A stretch of DNA of 31,975 bases from Pseudomonadota bacterium (GCA_034439715.1 JAWXAY010000087.1:1-31975), one strand, 5' to 3'. Counted from the first letter of the stretch, positions 8,248-16,624 are shown. Translations and numbers: made by a program. Notes: generated by a model not told the origin, from the sequence alone.

Positions 8248-8802
8248 ATGTACGCTGTTGTTAGAGTTGGTGGAAAGCAGTACACAGTAAAACCTGGTGA
8301 TGTTATTCGCGTTGAGAAATTAGATAAAAAACTAGGCGAAGAATTTGATTTAACTGATATTTTGTATGTTGGTGGCGAAACCACGACTCTTGGTGACCCC
8401 ATGGTTAAAGGCGCAAAAATATCGGTTCAGGTAACTCAACTTGATAAAGGCCCCAAGATTACCACCATTAAAAGAAAAAGACGTAAAGGCTATCGACGCA
8501 CCATTGGTCACCGTCAATTTTTTACGGAGCTTTTCATTCAGGCCGTTTCTCTTGGTGGTAAATCAGAAGAGGCGAAATCTAAGGCACACATCGTAGATCC
8601 CGAGAAATCAAGAATACGTAAAGAAGCGGTCGCTGAGCAAAGAAAAGCAAACACCCAGGCAAAAGCAAGCGAAGGACCGGTAGAAAAATTAGCAAAACCC
8701 ACAATTAAAAAGGTAATGAAAAAAGCTAAGTTTAAAGCATCAGGAAAATCAAAAAAGGCTGGATCAAAGAAAAAAACCAGCAAGCCAAAAGCTAAAAAAT
8801 AG
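8248..8802 (+). CDS. rplU: 50S ribosomal protein L21 with long Lys/Ala-rich C-terminal extension
   Basis: MYAVVRVGGKQY...GHRQFFT. GGAGG RBS at 8238-8242 supports ATG 8248. Confidence 0.97.
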   Translation: MYAVVRVGGKQYTVKPGDVIRVEKLDKKLGEEFDLTDILYVGGETTTLGDPMVKGAKISVQVTQLDKGPKITTIKRKRRKGYRRTIGHRQFFTELFIQAVSLGGKSEEAKSKAHIVDPEKSRIRKEAVAEQRKANTQAKASEGPVEKLAKPTIKKVMKKAKFKASGKSKKAGSKKKTSKPKAKK

Positions 8803-8819
8803 TAAGTAAGAGGTAATTT

Positions 8820-9080
8820 ATGGCATCGAAAAAGGCAGCAGGCAGCACAAGAAACGGACGCGACAGTCATAGTAAGCGTCTTGGTGTAAAGTGTTTTGGT
8901 GGAGAAAATATTCACTCTGGCACGATCATCGTTAGACAACGTGGCACGGTCTTTCAGGTAGGCAACAACGTAGGCCTGGGCAGAGACTTCACGATCTATT
9001 CCCTGATTGACGGCGTTGTGAAATTTGAACGCGTAAATCGTAAAAAACTTAAAATTAGTGTTTATCCAAAGTCTGCTTAA
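8820..9080 (+). CDS. rpmA: 50S ribosomal protein L27
   Basis: [24 protein letters not shown] and GRDFTI motifs. Confidence 0.98.
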   Translation: MASKKAAGSTRNGRDSHSKRLGVKCFGGENIHSGTIIVRQRGTVFQVGNNVGLGRDFTIYSLIDGVVKFERVNRKKLKISVYPKSA

Positions 9081-9096
9081 ACTATATTAGGAACCC

Positions 9097-10125
9097 ATGA
9101 AATTTATAGATGAGGCACCAGTCACGCTAACATCAGGACATGGCGGGTCTGGAGTTGTAAGTTTTCGTCGCGAAAAGTATGTCAATCGCGGCGGCCCAGA
9201 CGGCGGAGACGGTGGAAAGGGTGGCGATGTCATTTTTCGCGTCGATACTCGCCTTCACTCTCTGCTTGATTTTAAATATAAAAAAATTTTTACGGCCCAG
9301 CGCGGTCAGCCCGGTGCTGGCGTCAATTGCTCAGGAGCCCAGGGTTCTGATTTAATTCTTGAAGTTCCCGCAGGCACAATTATTAAAGACGAAGGTGGCA
9401 AAACCCTTTTGGATCTTGGTGAAAAGGGCGAGTTCGTGTTTTTAAAAGGTGGCAGAGGCGGCAAGGGCAACACCTTTTTTGCAAATAGCGTAAATCAGGC
9501 CCCAATGAATTGTCAGCCTGGAGAAGACGGCGACACCCGAAACATTTTACTCGAACTTAAACTAATCGCTGATGTTGGTATTGTGGGATATCCCAATGCC
9601 GGAAAGTCTACTTTAATTTCCCACATTTCTGAAGCTCGTCCTAAAATCGCCGACTATCCATTTACTACCCTAGTTCCAAATCTGGGAGTTGTTAGGGTAG
9701 GAGAAAGTCGTAGTTTCGTCATCGCAGACATGCCGGGACTGATTCCAGGCGCTCACAAAGGTGTAGGGCTTGGCACTCGATTTTTAAAACACATCGAGCG
9801 CACAAAAGCTTTTGTACACGTGATTGATGGCAGCGGCATTTCAGGCAGAGATCCACGTAAGGATTTCGACGATATCGAGCTTGAACTCAAAATGTATGAC
9901 CAAGCCCATATCGAAGACATTGAGTACAAAGCCCTATGTGGTAGACCTCAGATTATCGTTATAAATAAAGCAGATCTTTTGACTGATGATGACCATGCCC
10001 AATTATTAAATCGTTTTCAGAAAATGGGAGTCCAGATATTCATGATCTCGGCAGTGACAGGTCAGGGAATTCAAAAACTGATACAAACTCTCGGCGAGGT
10101 CGTGTTTGGCGAAAAAAAGGCTTAA
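9097..10125 (+). CDS. obgE: GTPase ObgE/CgtA
   Basis: Gly-rich Obg fold FRREKY..GGPDGGDGG, then GYPNAGKST, YPFTT, DMPG and NKAD. Confidence 0.98.
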   Translation: MKFIDEAPVTLTSGHGGSGVVSFRREKYVNRGGPDGGDGGKGGDVIFRVDTRLHSLLDFKYKKIFTAQRGQPGAGVNCSGAQGSDLILEVPAGTIIKDEGGKTLLDLGEKGEFVFLKGGRGGKGNTFFANSVNQAPMNCQPGEDGDTRNILLELKLIADVGIVGYPNAGKSTLISHISEARPKIADYPFTTLVPNLGVVRVGESRSFVIADMPGLIPGAHKGVGLGTRFLKHIERTKAFVHVIDGSGISGRDPRKDFDDIELELKMYDQAHIEDIEYKALCGRPQIIVINKADLLTDDDHAQLLNRFQKMGVQIFMISAVTGQGIQKLIQTLGEVVFGEKKA

Positions 10126-11125
10126 AAAAATAGGTATTTTTGGTGGCACATTTAACCCGCCTCATTTTGGCCACATAAATAGCGTTCTCACAGTGTCTAA
10201 ACGTCTTAACCTTGAAAAAATTTTTGTAGTTCCAGCCAATAAAAATCCACTAAGAAAAACGGCAGTAGAGGCCTCCCCAGAACAGCGTCTTGGGATGACC
10301 CAAGCAGCCTTTCATGATTACTCCGACCTGGCTGAGGTTACAGACTGTGAGATAAAGAGAAAAGGCAAAAGCTACACCATTGACACCATTAAGGAAATTC
10401 AAAAGAAAAATCCAGGAGCCGAAGTCTATTTAATTTGCGGCCTTGATGCGCTTGATCGATTCGATAAATGGAAAGACTTTGCCGCTATATTGAAAAAGGT
10501 AAATCTGGTGGTTACCAGTAGGCCTGGCAACCAGTGGCCAACCTCAAAAGAAGAGTTACCAAAGGGACTTCAAAAACTTTGTGCGAACTTTATGTTTCCG
10601 GATGTAGAATTGAAAACCGGAAAGTTTATATTTTTTGTGCCCTTAGTTGATAATCAGGCCTCAGCTACCATTATTCGAAAAAAAATGCGTCTAGGACAAA
10701 AAGTCGACAATTTTTTGCCGTTACAGGTTGAATCCTTAATTCGAAAAGACAACATCTATCCCCCGCTCCTTCAAAAGGTTACTAATGACAAAAAATTTGT
10801 GAATTTTTGTGCTAAGGCCCTCGAAGATAAAAAGGGAGTATTGATCAAGGCCTTTGATTTGCGTGGCCTGGTGACTGCTTTCGACTTCACCGTAATCGCC
10901 TCTGGCACTAATACTCGTCACACGATGGCACTGGCAGATGGTTTAGTTGAAGCCGTAAAACTAGAGTATGGATTACAGCCCATAAGTATAGAGGGCAATC
11001 AAGAAGGTCGCTGGGTCATAGTGGACTATGGCGGATTTGTCGTTCATGTTTTTTACGACTATGTTCGCCAGGAGTACCGGCTTGAAGATCTTTGGCGCAA
11101 AGCCAAGGAAATCTCGCTTTCATGA
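10106..11125 (+). CDS. nadD: NadD (nicotinate-nucleotide adenylyltransferase) fused to ribosome silencing factor RsfS
   Basis: N-terminal GGTFNPPHFGH, SYTIDT and SATIIR. C-terminal DKKG, VIASGTNTRH, WVIVDYG.FVVHVF and RQEYRLEDLW, all in one open frame. Confidence 0.93.
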   Translation: MAKKRLKKIGIFGGTFNPPHFGHINSVLTVSKRLNLEKIFVVPANKNPLRKTAVEASPEQRLGMTQAAFHDYSDLAEVTDCEIKRKGKSYTIDTIKEIQKKNPGAEVYLICGLDALDRFDKWKDFAAILKKVNLVVTSRPGNQWPTSKEELPKGLQKLCANFMFPDVELKTGKFIFFVPLVDNQASATIIRKKMRLGQKVDNFLPLQVESLIRKDNIYPPLLQKVTNDKKFVNFCAKALEDKKGVLIKAFDLRGLVTAFDFTVIASGTNTRHTMALADGLVEAVKLEYGLQPISIEGNQEGRWVIVDYGGFVVHVFYDYVRQEYRLEDLWRKAKEISLS

Positions 11126-11592
11126 ATTTTGAGGTTCTAACTATCGGCAAGTCTAAAGACGCCTGGTTAGAAAACTTTATTGAGGCCTACGAAAAAAAAA
11201 TTAACCAACTGGTAAAATTTAAGTTTACGAATCTCAGGGGGATTGCAATTTCTCGAGACAGCGCTAACTACAAAAAAGAGGTCGAGTCGAAAAAACTGCT
11301 CGAATCTTTACATGATGAAGATGTGGTCATTTTCATGGATGAAAAAGGAAAATCAAGCGCTACGCTAGAGTTTGCTAAAAATGTACAAAGGCTAATGCAA
11401 AGTGGAAAGCGTCGATTAGTTTTTGTTGTGGGCGGACCGTTTGGAGTAACGGAAGATTTAAAAAAACGGGCTGATCATGTTTACTCGTTATCTCCTCTTA
11501 CCCTTAGCCATCAGGTGGCCATCACGGTGCTAATGGAGCAAATATTTCGAGTCCTGTGTGTATGGCGGGGCATTCCCTATCATAATGAATGA
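11122..11592 (+). CDS. rlmH: 23S rRNA m3Psi1915 methyltransferase RlmH
   Basis: DEKGK, FVVGGPFG, SLSPLTLSH, EQIFR and PYH motifs. ATGA overlap with the nadD-rsfS stop. Confidence 0.95.
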   Translation: MNFEVLTIGKSKDAWLENFIEAYEKKINQLVKFKFTNLRGIAISRDSANYKKEVESKKLLESLHDEDVVIFMDEKGKSSATLEFAKNVQRLMQSGKRRLVFVVGGPFGVTEDLKKRADHVYSLSPLTLSHQVAITVLMEQIFRVLCVWRGIPYHNE

Positions 11593-11712
11593 AACGCTCT
11601 GATTATAAAAACTGCCTATTACAAACATACATATAACCTATTTTATTTATAGCCTAGAATCCTCCATTATGGGCTCAGGGAAAAAAGAACTTGAACAATA
11701 AAAGGGGATAAT

Positions 11713-12441
11713 ATGAACACGCAAATATCACGAAGAAAAATTCTTGGACTGGGTTTAGCTAGCTTAGGGACGCTATTTACCCAGAAGGTGCTGGCGGCGG
11801 ACAATTTAGCATGTGCTTCCGCTCCAAATGCACAGCAGCCCGAGGGCCCCTTCTATCCTACAAAAAATCGTAAGGATAAAGACAACAATTTGGTAAAAGT
11901 TGATAAAAACGGTGGCGCCGTCAAGGGAGAAAAAATTCTTTTTTGGGGCCGAGTGATTGATCAAAACTGTCAACCGGTTACCAACGCGTTGGTTGAAATA
12001 TGGCAAGCCTGTGAATCCGGTCGTTATGACCATCCAGAGGATGCTGATGATGTGCGCGCTCTGGATCCGAATTTTCAATACTGGGGTTTGTGTCACACTG
12101 ACTCTTCTGGGATTTACTTTTTTTACACAATTCTTCCGGGCAATTACCCGGCTGCTGAAAACTGGGTGCGTCCATCACATATCCATATGCATGCGCAACG
12201 CCTGGGGTACACAGAACTGACAACTCAGGCCTATTTCGCGGGTAACCCTCATAATGCTGACGACAAAATATTAAGTCAATTACCGCCCGACGAACAAAAA
12301 CGCTGCACTATGGAGCCTAGTCGTTTGGATAAGACTGAAGACGCGGTCAAAACTAAAATGATTGCTGAGTTTAGATTATCTACTCAGGATCAAAAGCAGC
12401 TAGCAGTTTATCAGTATGATTTGGCAATAAAGAAACTGTGA
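11713..12441 (+). CDS. Tat-exported intradiol ring-cleavage dioxygenase-like protein (protocatechuate 3,4-dioxygenase beta-like)
   Basis: SRRKIL twin-arginine signal. EGPFY, VEIWQA..GRY, PGNY and RPSHIH supply the 2 Tyr/2 His iron ligands. AGGGGA RBS. Confidence 0.88.
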   Translation: MNTQISRRKILGLGLASLGTLFTQKVLAADNLACASAPNAQQPEGPFYPTKNRKDKDNNLVKVDKNGGAVKGEKILFWGRVIDQNCQPVTNALVEIWQACESGRYDHPEDADDVRALDPNFQYWGLCHTDSSGIYFFYTILPGNYPAAENWVRPSHIHMHAQRLGYTELTTQAYFAGNPHNADDKILSQLPPDEQKRCTMEPSRLDKTEDAVKTKMIAEFRLSTQDQKQLAVYQYDLAIKKL

Positions 12442-12494
12442 GGGCACGCGGGACAATGAGGGTATCGCTCTATTCATAGCTATTGAAGCCACTC

Positions 12495-12528
12495 TCGAAC
12501 AAGGCAAGCTATAACTTGTCTTGTTCGA
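12495..12528. repeat. 14-bp inverted repeat / hairpin
   Basis: TCGAACAAGGCAAG-ctataa-CTTGTCTTGTTCGA with one G-T pair. No U-tract on either side. Confidence 0.75.
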
Positions 12529-12756
12529 CACTACCACATGCGAGGGCTTATTGAGTTTAGAAGTCAGCGTAAAATTGATCTGAGGCTGGCTGTCTGACCA
12601 AAGGGGCGCAGTTTAAATCACTAGTTTTTAGAACTACTATATACCCACAAAGCGCAGGATATCTGCCCGCAGCTCGGTCAGATACCTAATTTCCGAACAC
12701 CAATAGGAATGTAATTCAAATGACCTGTGGTTCAGTTTTTGAATTCAGTCCTTGGT

Positions 12757-13278
12757 ATGACCAAGACAATCCCTGTTCAAATTAATCAAAAGATATTTTT
12801 TATTCGCAAACACCGGGTCATGCTTGATGTTGATCTTGCCGCACTCTACGAGGTTAGGACTAAAGATCTGAATCGTGCAGTAAGGCGCAATAAGGTCCGT
12901 TTTCCAGAAGACTTTATGTTCCAACTTACTGAAAAAGAGGAGGAAATTTTGAGGTGCCAAATTGGAACCTCAAGATTTGACTTAAAAAATGATTCCTGGG
13001 GAGGGCGACGGCATCCACCCTCAGTTTTTACAGAGCAAGGTGTTGCGATGCTTTCAAGTGTGCTTCGGGGCGAGAGCGCCGCTCTCGTGAATATTGAAAT
13101 TATGCGTGCCTTTATAAAACTCAGAGAGTTTCTATTAACGAATCAAGAGTTAGCCCGAAGACTTTTAGAGCTTGAAAGTAAATATGATCACCAATTTAAA
13201 ACAGTATTTGATGCAATTCGCGAACTGATGACTCCGCCAGAACCGTCTAAACGTAAAATTGGCATTACATGGGATTAA
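12757..13278 (+). CDS. ORF6N (KilA-N-like) DNA-binding domain protein
   Basis: VMLDVDLAALYEV, LNRAVRRN..RFPEDFMFQLT, FTEQGVAMLSSVL, IMRAF and terminal RKIG. ATG 12757 preferred over GTG 12727. Confidence 0.92.
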   Translation: MTKTIPVQINQKIFFIRKHRVMLDVDLAALYEVRTKDLNRAVRRNKVRFPEDFMFQLTEKEEEILRCQIGTSRFDLKNDSWGGRRHPPSVFTEQGVAMLSSVLRGESAALVNIEIMRAFIKLREFLLTNQELARRLLELESKYDHQFKTVFDAIRELMTPPEPSKRKIGITWD

Positions 13279-13280
13279 TT

Positions 13281-13922
13281 ATGAATCTAACGAAAACCTG
13301 GTCCTATCTTCGCGCCTGTCCTCACTGCCACTTTTGGTTTGGAAAAACAGATCTGTTTTGTGTTACTTGTTGGGGGCTAGCAAATAGGGAGCGCTCCTGG
13401 AAAAAAGCAACAGAATATCAGTTAGACACAACGGTGCTATTTTGTTGGCGGGAGGAAAACAACATTGTTGCTGAGTTGATTTACGCGTTTAAAGGGGGGG
13501 AGTTGAAGGAAGCTAGCCAAAGACTTGCTTGTTGGATTCTGTCCTCAGTCGATACTTTAGACATAAAGAACGCAGTATTTATTCCAGCGCCGCCGCGAAA
13601 GCCAAGAAATTATGATCACGCGACCCAGCTGGCCCAGAGTCTTTCCGGCTTGTCAGGCAGGCCATATTTTAATGCGCTAGAGCGAGTGGACTCCGAAGGA
13701 CAAAAACACCTTAAACAAACAGAAAGATGGAGCATTAAGATGAAGCTGAACGGTACCTTTGAAGTCGACGCGCTCAAAGAACAGCGTATTATTTTCATAG
13801 ATGACGTAGTAACAACGGGCGCGACTGCCCAAGCGGCCTATTTAGCACTGGAAAAACCCAGAAACTTTAAGGTTTGGGCGCTCGCCTATAGGCCGAGGCT
13901 TGCGTGGGAGGCGCCACTTTGA
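13281..13922 (+). CDS. comF: ComF family phosphoribosyltransferase-like protein
   Basis: N-terminal CPHC..CVTC zinc motif and PRPP loop IDDVVTTGAT. Start is 13269 or 13281. Confidence 0.85.
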   Translation: MNLTKTWSYLRACPHCHFWFGKTDLFCVTCWGLANRERSWKKATEYQLDTTVLFCWREENNIVAELIYAFKGGELKEASQRLACWILSSVDTLDIKNAVFIPAPPRKPRNYDHATQLAQSLSGLSGRPYFNALERVDSEGQKHLKQTERWSIKMKLNGTFEVDALKEQRIIFIDDVVTTGATAQAAYLALEKPRNFKVWALAYRPRLAWEAPL

Positions 13923-13928
13923 TATAAA
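13900..13928 (+). promoter_or_regulatory. sigma70-like promoter abutting the lolA start
   Basis: TTGCGT(13900-13905)-N17-TATAAA(13923-13928) with extended TG, then 6 nt to ATG 13935. Confidence 0.55.
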
Positions 13929-13934
13929 GCCGAA

Positions 13935-14591
13935 ATGCTTAGACCGATGGGATTATCATTAGTTTTTTTATTTCTTCAGACTGCAGAAGCAGGTGACCTG
14001 CTTGAGACGGTTTCAAGAAAGCTTAACAAGGCCAGCTCTTCAAAGATGGCTGTAAAAAAAACGGTTTACAATGCCTTTACAGAAGAAACGAAGTCCTATG
14101 AGGGAAAGCTTCAGGTAAGTCACAAGAGCTTAAGATTAGATTACGTAACACCAGAAAAATCTATGATCCTAATCGGAGAAACTGAAATTTGGGTGGTTAA
14201 CTATGATGTTAATTCAAAGGACAAGATCTCGCAAATTCTTCATGTGAATACAAAAAAAAGCAAGGCTCACCAATTGCTTTTATCACTGTTAGCTGGAGAT
14301 GGCCTATTAAAAAAATTTAAAGTACTAAAAAAAACTTTGGGACCAAAGCAGAGTATGTTTAAACTGAAGCCGACGATGACTATCGAAGAAATAGAGAGTC
14401 TGGAGGTTTTAATTGACGGTGAAAAAAACAATATTAAAAAAGTCACCTATTGGGATGAAAGCGAAAATAAAACTGAATATGAACTGAGCGAAGTTTCTTA
14501 CCAAACTAGCAAGGTGGATAAAAAAGACTTTCAGTTTAAACCTCCAAAGGGAGTAAAAGTTGAAGAACTTACAGACACAGACGCCAAATAA
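13935..14591 (+). CDS. lolA: Outer-membrane lipoprotein carrier LolA family
   Basis: Signal peptide, LRLDYVTPEK (RW.Y..P-like) and C-terminal FQFKPPKGVKV. Adjacent to rimO. Confidence 0.8.
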   Translation: MLRPMGLSLVFLFLQTAEAGDLLETVSRKLNKASSSKMAVKKTVYNAFTEETKSYEGKLQVSHKSLRLDYVTPEKSMILIGETEIWVVNYDVNSKDKISQILHVNTKKSKAHQLLLSLLAGDGLLKKFKVLKKTLGPKQSMFKLKPTMTIEEIESLEVLIDGEKNNIKKVTYWDESENKTEYELSEVSYQTSKVDKKDFQFKPPKGVKVEELTDTDAK

Positions 14592-15927
14592 AAAAGTTCA
14601 TTTCGTAAGCCTGGGATGTCCCAAAAACCTTGTTGATACAGAAATCATGGCGGGAACGCTTGTGAAAGACGGCTACGAAATAACAACCTCGCCAGAACAA
14701 GCACAGATGCTAGTTGTAAATACCTGTGGCTTTATTGATGATGCAAAAAAAGAGTCCATCGACAAGATTTTAGAATTGGCAGAGCTTAAAAAACAACATC
14801 CAGGAAAAAAACTTGTAGTCTCTGGGTGCCTAGTTCAGAGGTATAAAGACGACTTGGTTAAGGATATGCCGGAAGTTGATTTCTTTGTAGGCTCAGGAGA
14901 ATTTCAAAACATCTCTAAAATACTAAAAACCGAGAAGCGAAGCGGTAAAAAGACATTTTATAACCTTCCGACCTATTTACAAGAGGAATCCTCGCCCAGA
15001 ATAAACTCGGGTCCAAAGCACCGAGCGTATCTAAAAATTTCAGAAGGTTGTAAAAAAAGATGTGCGTTTTGTGCCATCCCCGTTATTCGGGGCGACCTCC
15101 AGTCTCGAACCATCAAAAATGTGGTGTCCGAAGCACAGTTGTTGGTGGCCTCCGGAGTTGAGGAAATCATCGTGATTTCTCATGACTTTACAGATTACGG
15201 CTGGGATTTAAGAAAAAAGGACATTAAGGCCAAAGAGAGCCCGGTAGAATTATTGAGAGATCTTTCGCTGGTTCCTGGGCTTAAATGGATTCGACTCATG
15301 TATCTTTATCCTGATGGAATTACTGAAGAGTTACTTGATTTGATAAAGGTTCGACCAAATATTTTGCCCTATTTTGATATGCCACTTCAGCACATCAACA
15401 ACGAGCAACTTAGAAAAATGAATCGCAAGATGACCAAGGAAGAAATAACGGGGCGGCTGGCGTTAATCCGCACAAAGATTCCAGAAGCGGTAATTCGCAC
15501 GCAATTTATCGTGGGCTTTCCTGGAGAAACCGACGACCAGTTTAAAGAGTTATTAGAATTTATTAAAGAGCAAAAATTTGATCGTGTGGGCTGCTGTAAG
15601 TATTCCCCCGAAGAAAATACTGGTGGCTTTCGAATGAAAGACCAAGTTGAAGAAGAGGTTAAGACCAAGCGCTTTGATAAGCTCATGTCACTTCAAAAAA
15701 CTATTAGCAAAAAAAAGATGCGTGGGTACCTAGGTAAGACGCTTCAGGTGTTGGTAGAAGGAGTCAGTCCTGAGACTGAACTGTTGTTGCAGGGACGGTA
15801 TTTTGGACAAGCGCCAGAGATTGACGGTGTGGTTTTAATTAATGAGGGGACTGCAAATCCGGGGACGTTTGTGAATGTTCGTGTGACTGATACACATGAT
15901 TATGATTTGGTTGGCGAGATTATTTAA
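14560..15927 (+). CDS. rimO: Ribosomal protein S12 methylthiotransferase RimO
   Basis: SLGCPKNLVD, NTCGF, SGCL, radical-SAM CKKRCAFC and QAPEIDG with a TRAM domain. TTG start follows a GGAG RBS. Confidence 0.96.
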   Translation: MKNLQTQTPNKKVHFVSLGCPKNLVDTEIMAGTLVKDGYEITTSPEQAQMLVVNTCGFIDDAKKESIDKILELAELKKQHPGKKLVVSGCLVQRYKDDLVKDMPEVDFFVGSGEFQNISKILKTEKRSGKKTFYNLPTYLQEESSPRINSGPKHRAYLKISEGCKKRCAFCAIPVIRGDLQSRTIKNVVSEAQLLVASGVEEIIVISHDFTDYGWDLRKKDIKAKESPVELLRDLSLVPGLKWIRLMYLYPDGITEELLDLIKVRPNILPYFDMPLQHINNEQLRKMNRKMTKEEITGRLALIRTKIPEAVIRTQFIVGFPGETDDQFKELLEFIKEQKFDRVGCCKYSPEENTGGFRMKDQVEEEVKTKRFDKLMSLQKTISKKKMRGYLGKTLQVLVEGVSPETELLLQGRYFGQAPEIDGVVLINEGTANPGTFVNVRVTDTHDYDLVGEII

Positions 15928-16004
15928 CAAAACATCCAGAAATTATTTACATTTGACAATCCTGGTCAGGAATGCTGACATTAGTCTATAAGTGGAGGCC
16001 AGAG

Positions 16005-16082
16005 ATGTTTTCAACACAATTTATGATGCTCTTCGTGCTTTCGGCCCTTGTTTTTTTTCTAGTAAATGTATTGATTAACTAA
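16005..16082 (+). CDS. Small hydrophobic peptide, 25 aa (MFSTQFMMLFVLSALVFFLVNVLIN), absent from the ORF track
   Basis: GGAGG at 15994-15998, 6 nt before ATG. One uncharged TM-length helix. Fills the rimO-hpt gap. Confidence 0.6.
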   Translation: MFSTQFMMLFVLSALVFFLVNVLIN

Positions 16083-16104
16083 AGAGAGAATTCTCCCCGT
16101 CGAT

Positions 16105-16614
16105 TCAGTTATTAAGTATGTAAATATCTGGATAATTTCGGCCGAGCTCTTCACTATCAAGCCCGTAACCAATTAAAAACCGATCCTCTACTGTAACTCC
16201 AACGTAATCTGGGTTGAGTGGAATCTCTCGACGGGCGGGCTTATCGATCAGAGTAACAATTTTTACAGATTTTGGCCCACTTGCCATGAGGCGTTTTTTT
16301 AAAAAACTTAGTTTTCGGCCGGAATCAATAATCTCCTCAACGATGAGAACATGTTTGCCATCGACGTTTGTAGTGATGTCTTTTACTATTTGGGTTGATC
16401 CACGAAAAACAAGATGTACGAAATCGATTTCTAGCGGCAAAGTTATATATCGCATTAGATCAGCTAAAAAAAGTACAGACCCTTTCAGAGGGCAAATCAA
16501 AACGAGCGGCAGGCCTTCGTAATCGGCTTCGATTTGCTTTGCTAGAGTCATAACGTGTTTTTTTATTTGTTGCCGGGTAATGAATGGTACCATAATTTCT
16601 TTTAATCGCGACAT
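16105..16614 (-). CDS. hpt: Hypoxanthine phosphoribosyltransferase-like protein (atypical motifs)
   Basis: LKGS, VLIVEEIIDSG, LIDKP and FLIGYGLD..RN motifs. GGAG RBS. Confidence 0.85.
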   Translation of the reverse strand: MSRLKEIMVPFITRQQIKKHVMTLAKQIEADYEGLPLVLICPLKGSVLFLADLMRYITLPLEIDFVHLVFRGSTQIVKDITTNVDGKHVLIVEEIIDSGRKLSFLKKRLMASGPKSVKIVTLIDKPARREIPLNPDYVGVTVEDRFLIGYGLDSEELGRNYPDIYILNN

Positions 16615-16624
16615 ATCACACTCC

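Noticed and set aside
11191..11200. A/T homopolymers of 8-10 nt (here, and near 2065, 4873 and 25560) as phase-variation or frameshift sites
   Set aside because: All host frames are intact, and such runs are expected from Lys/Phe codons in an AT-rich genome.
12496..12527. CGAAC...GTTCG as a LexA box or tRNA T-arm
   Set aside because: The spacing is far longer than the 4 nt of a Gram-positive SOS box, and no cloverleaf forms.
12757..13278. ORF6N gene as evidence of a prophage
   Set aside because: No integrase, structural genes or att sites. Solitary ORF6N genes are common.
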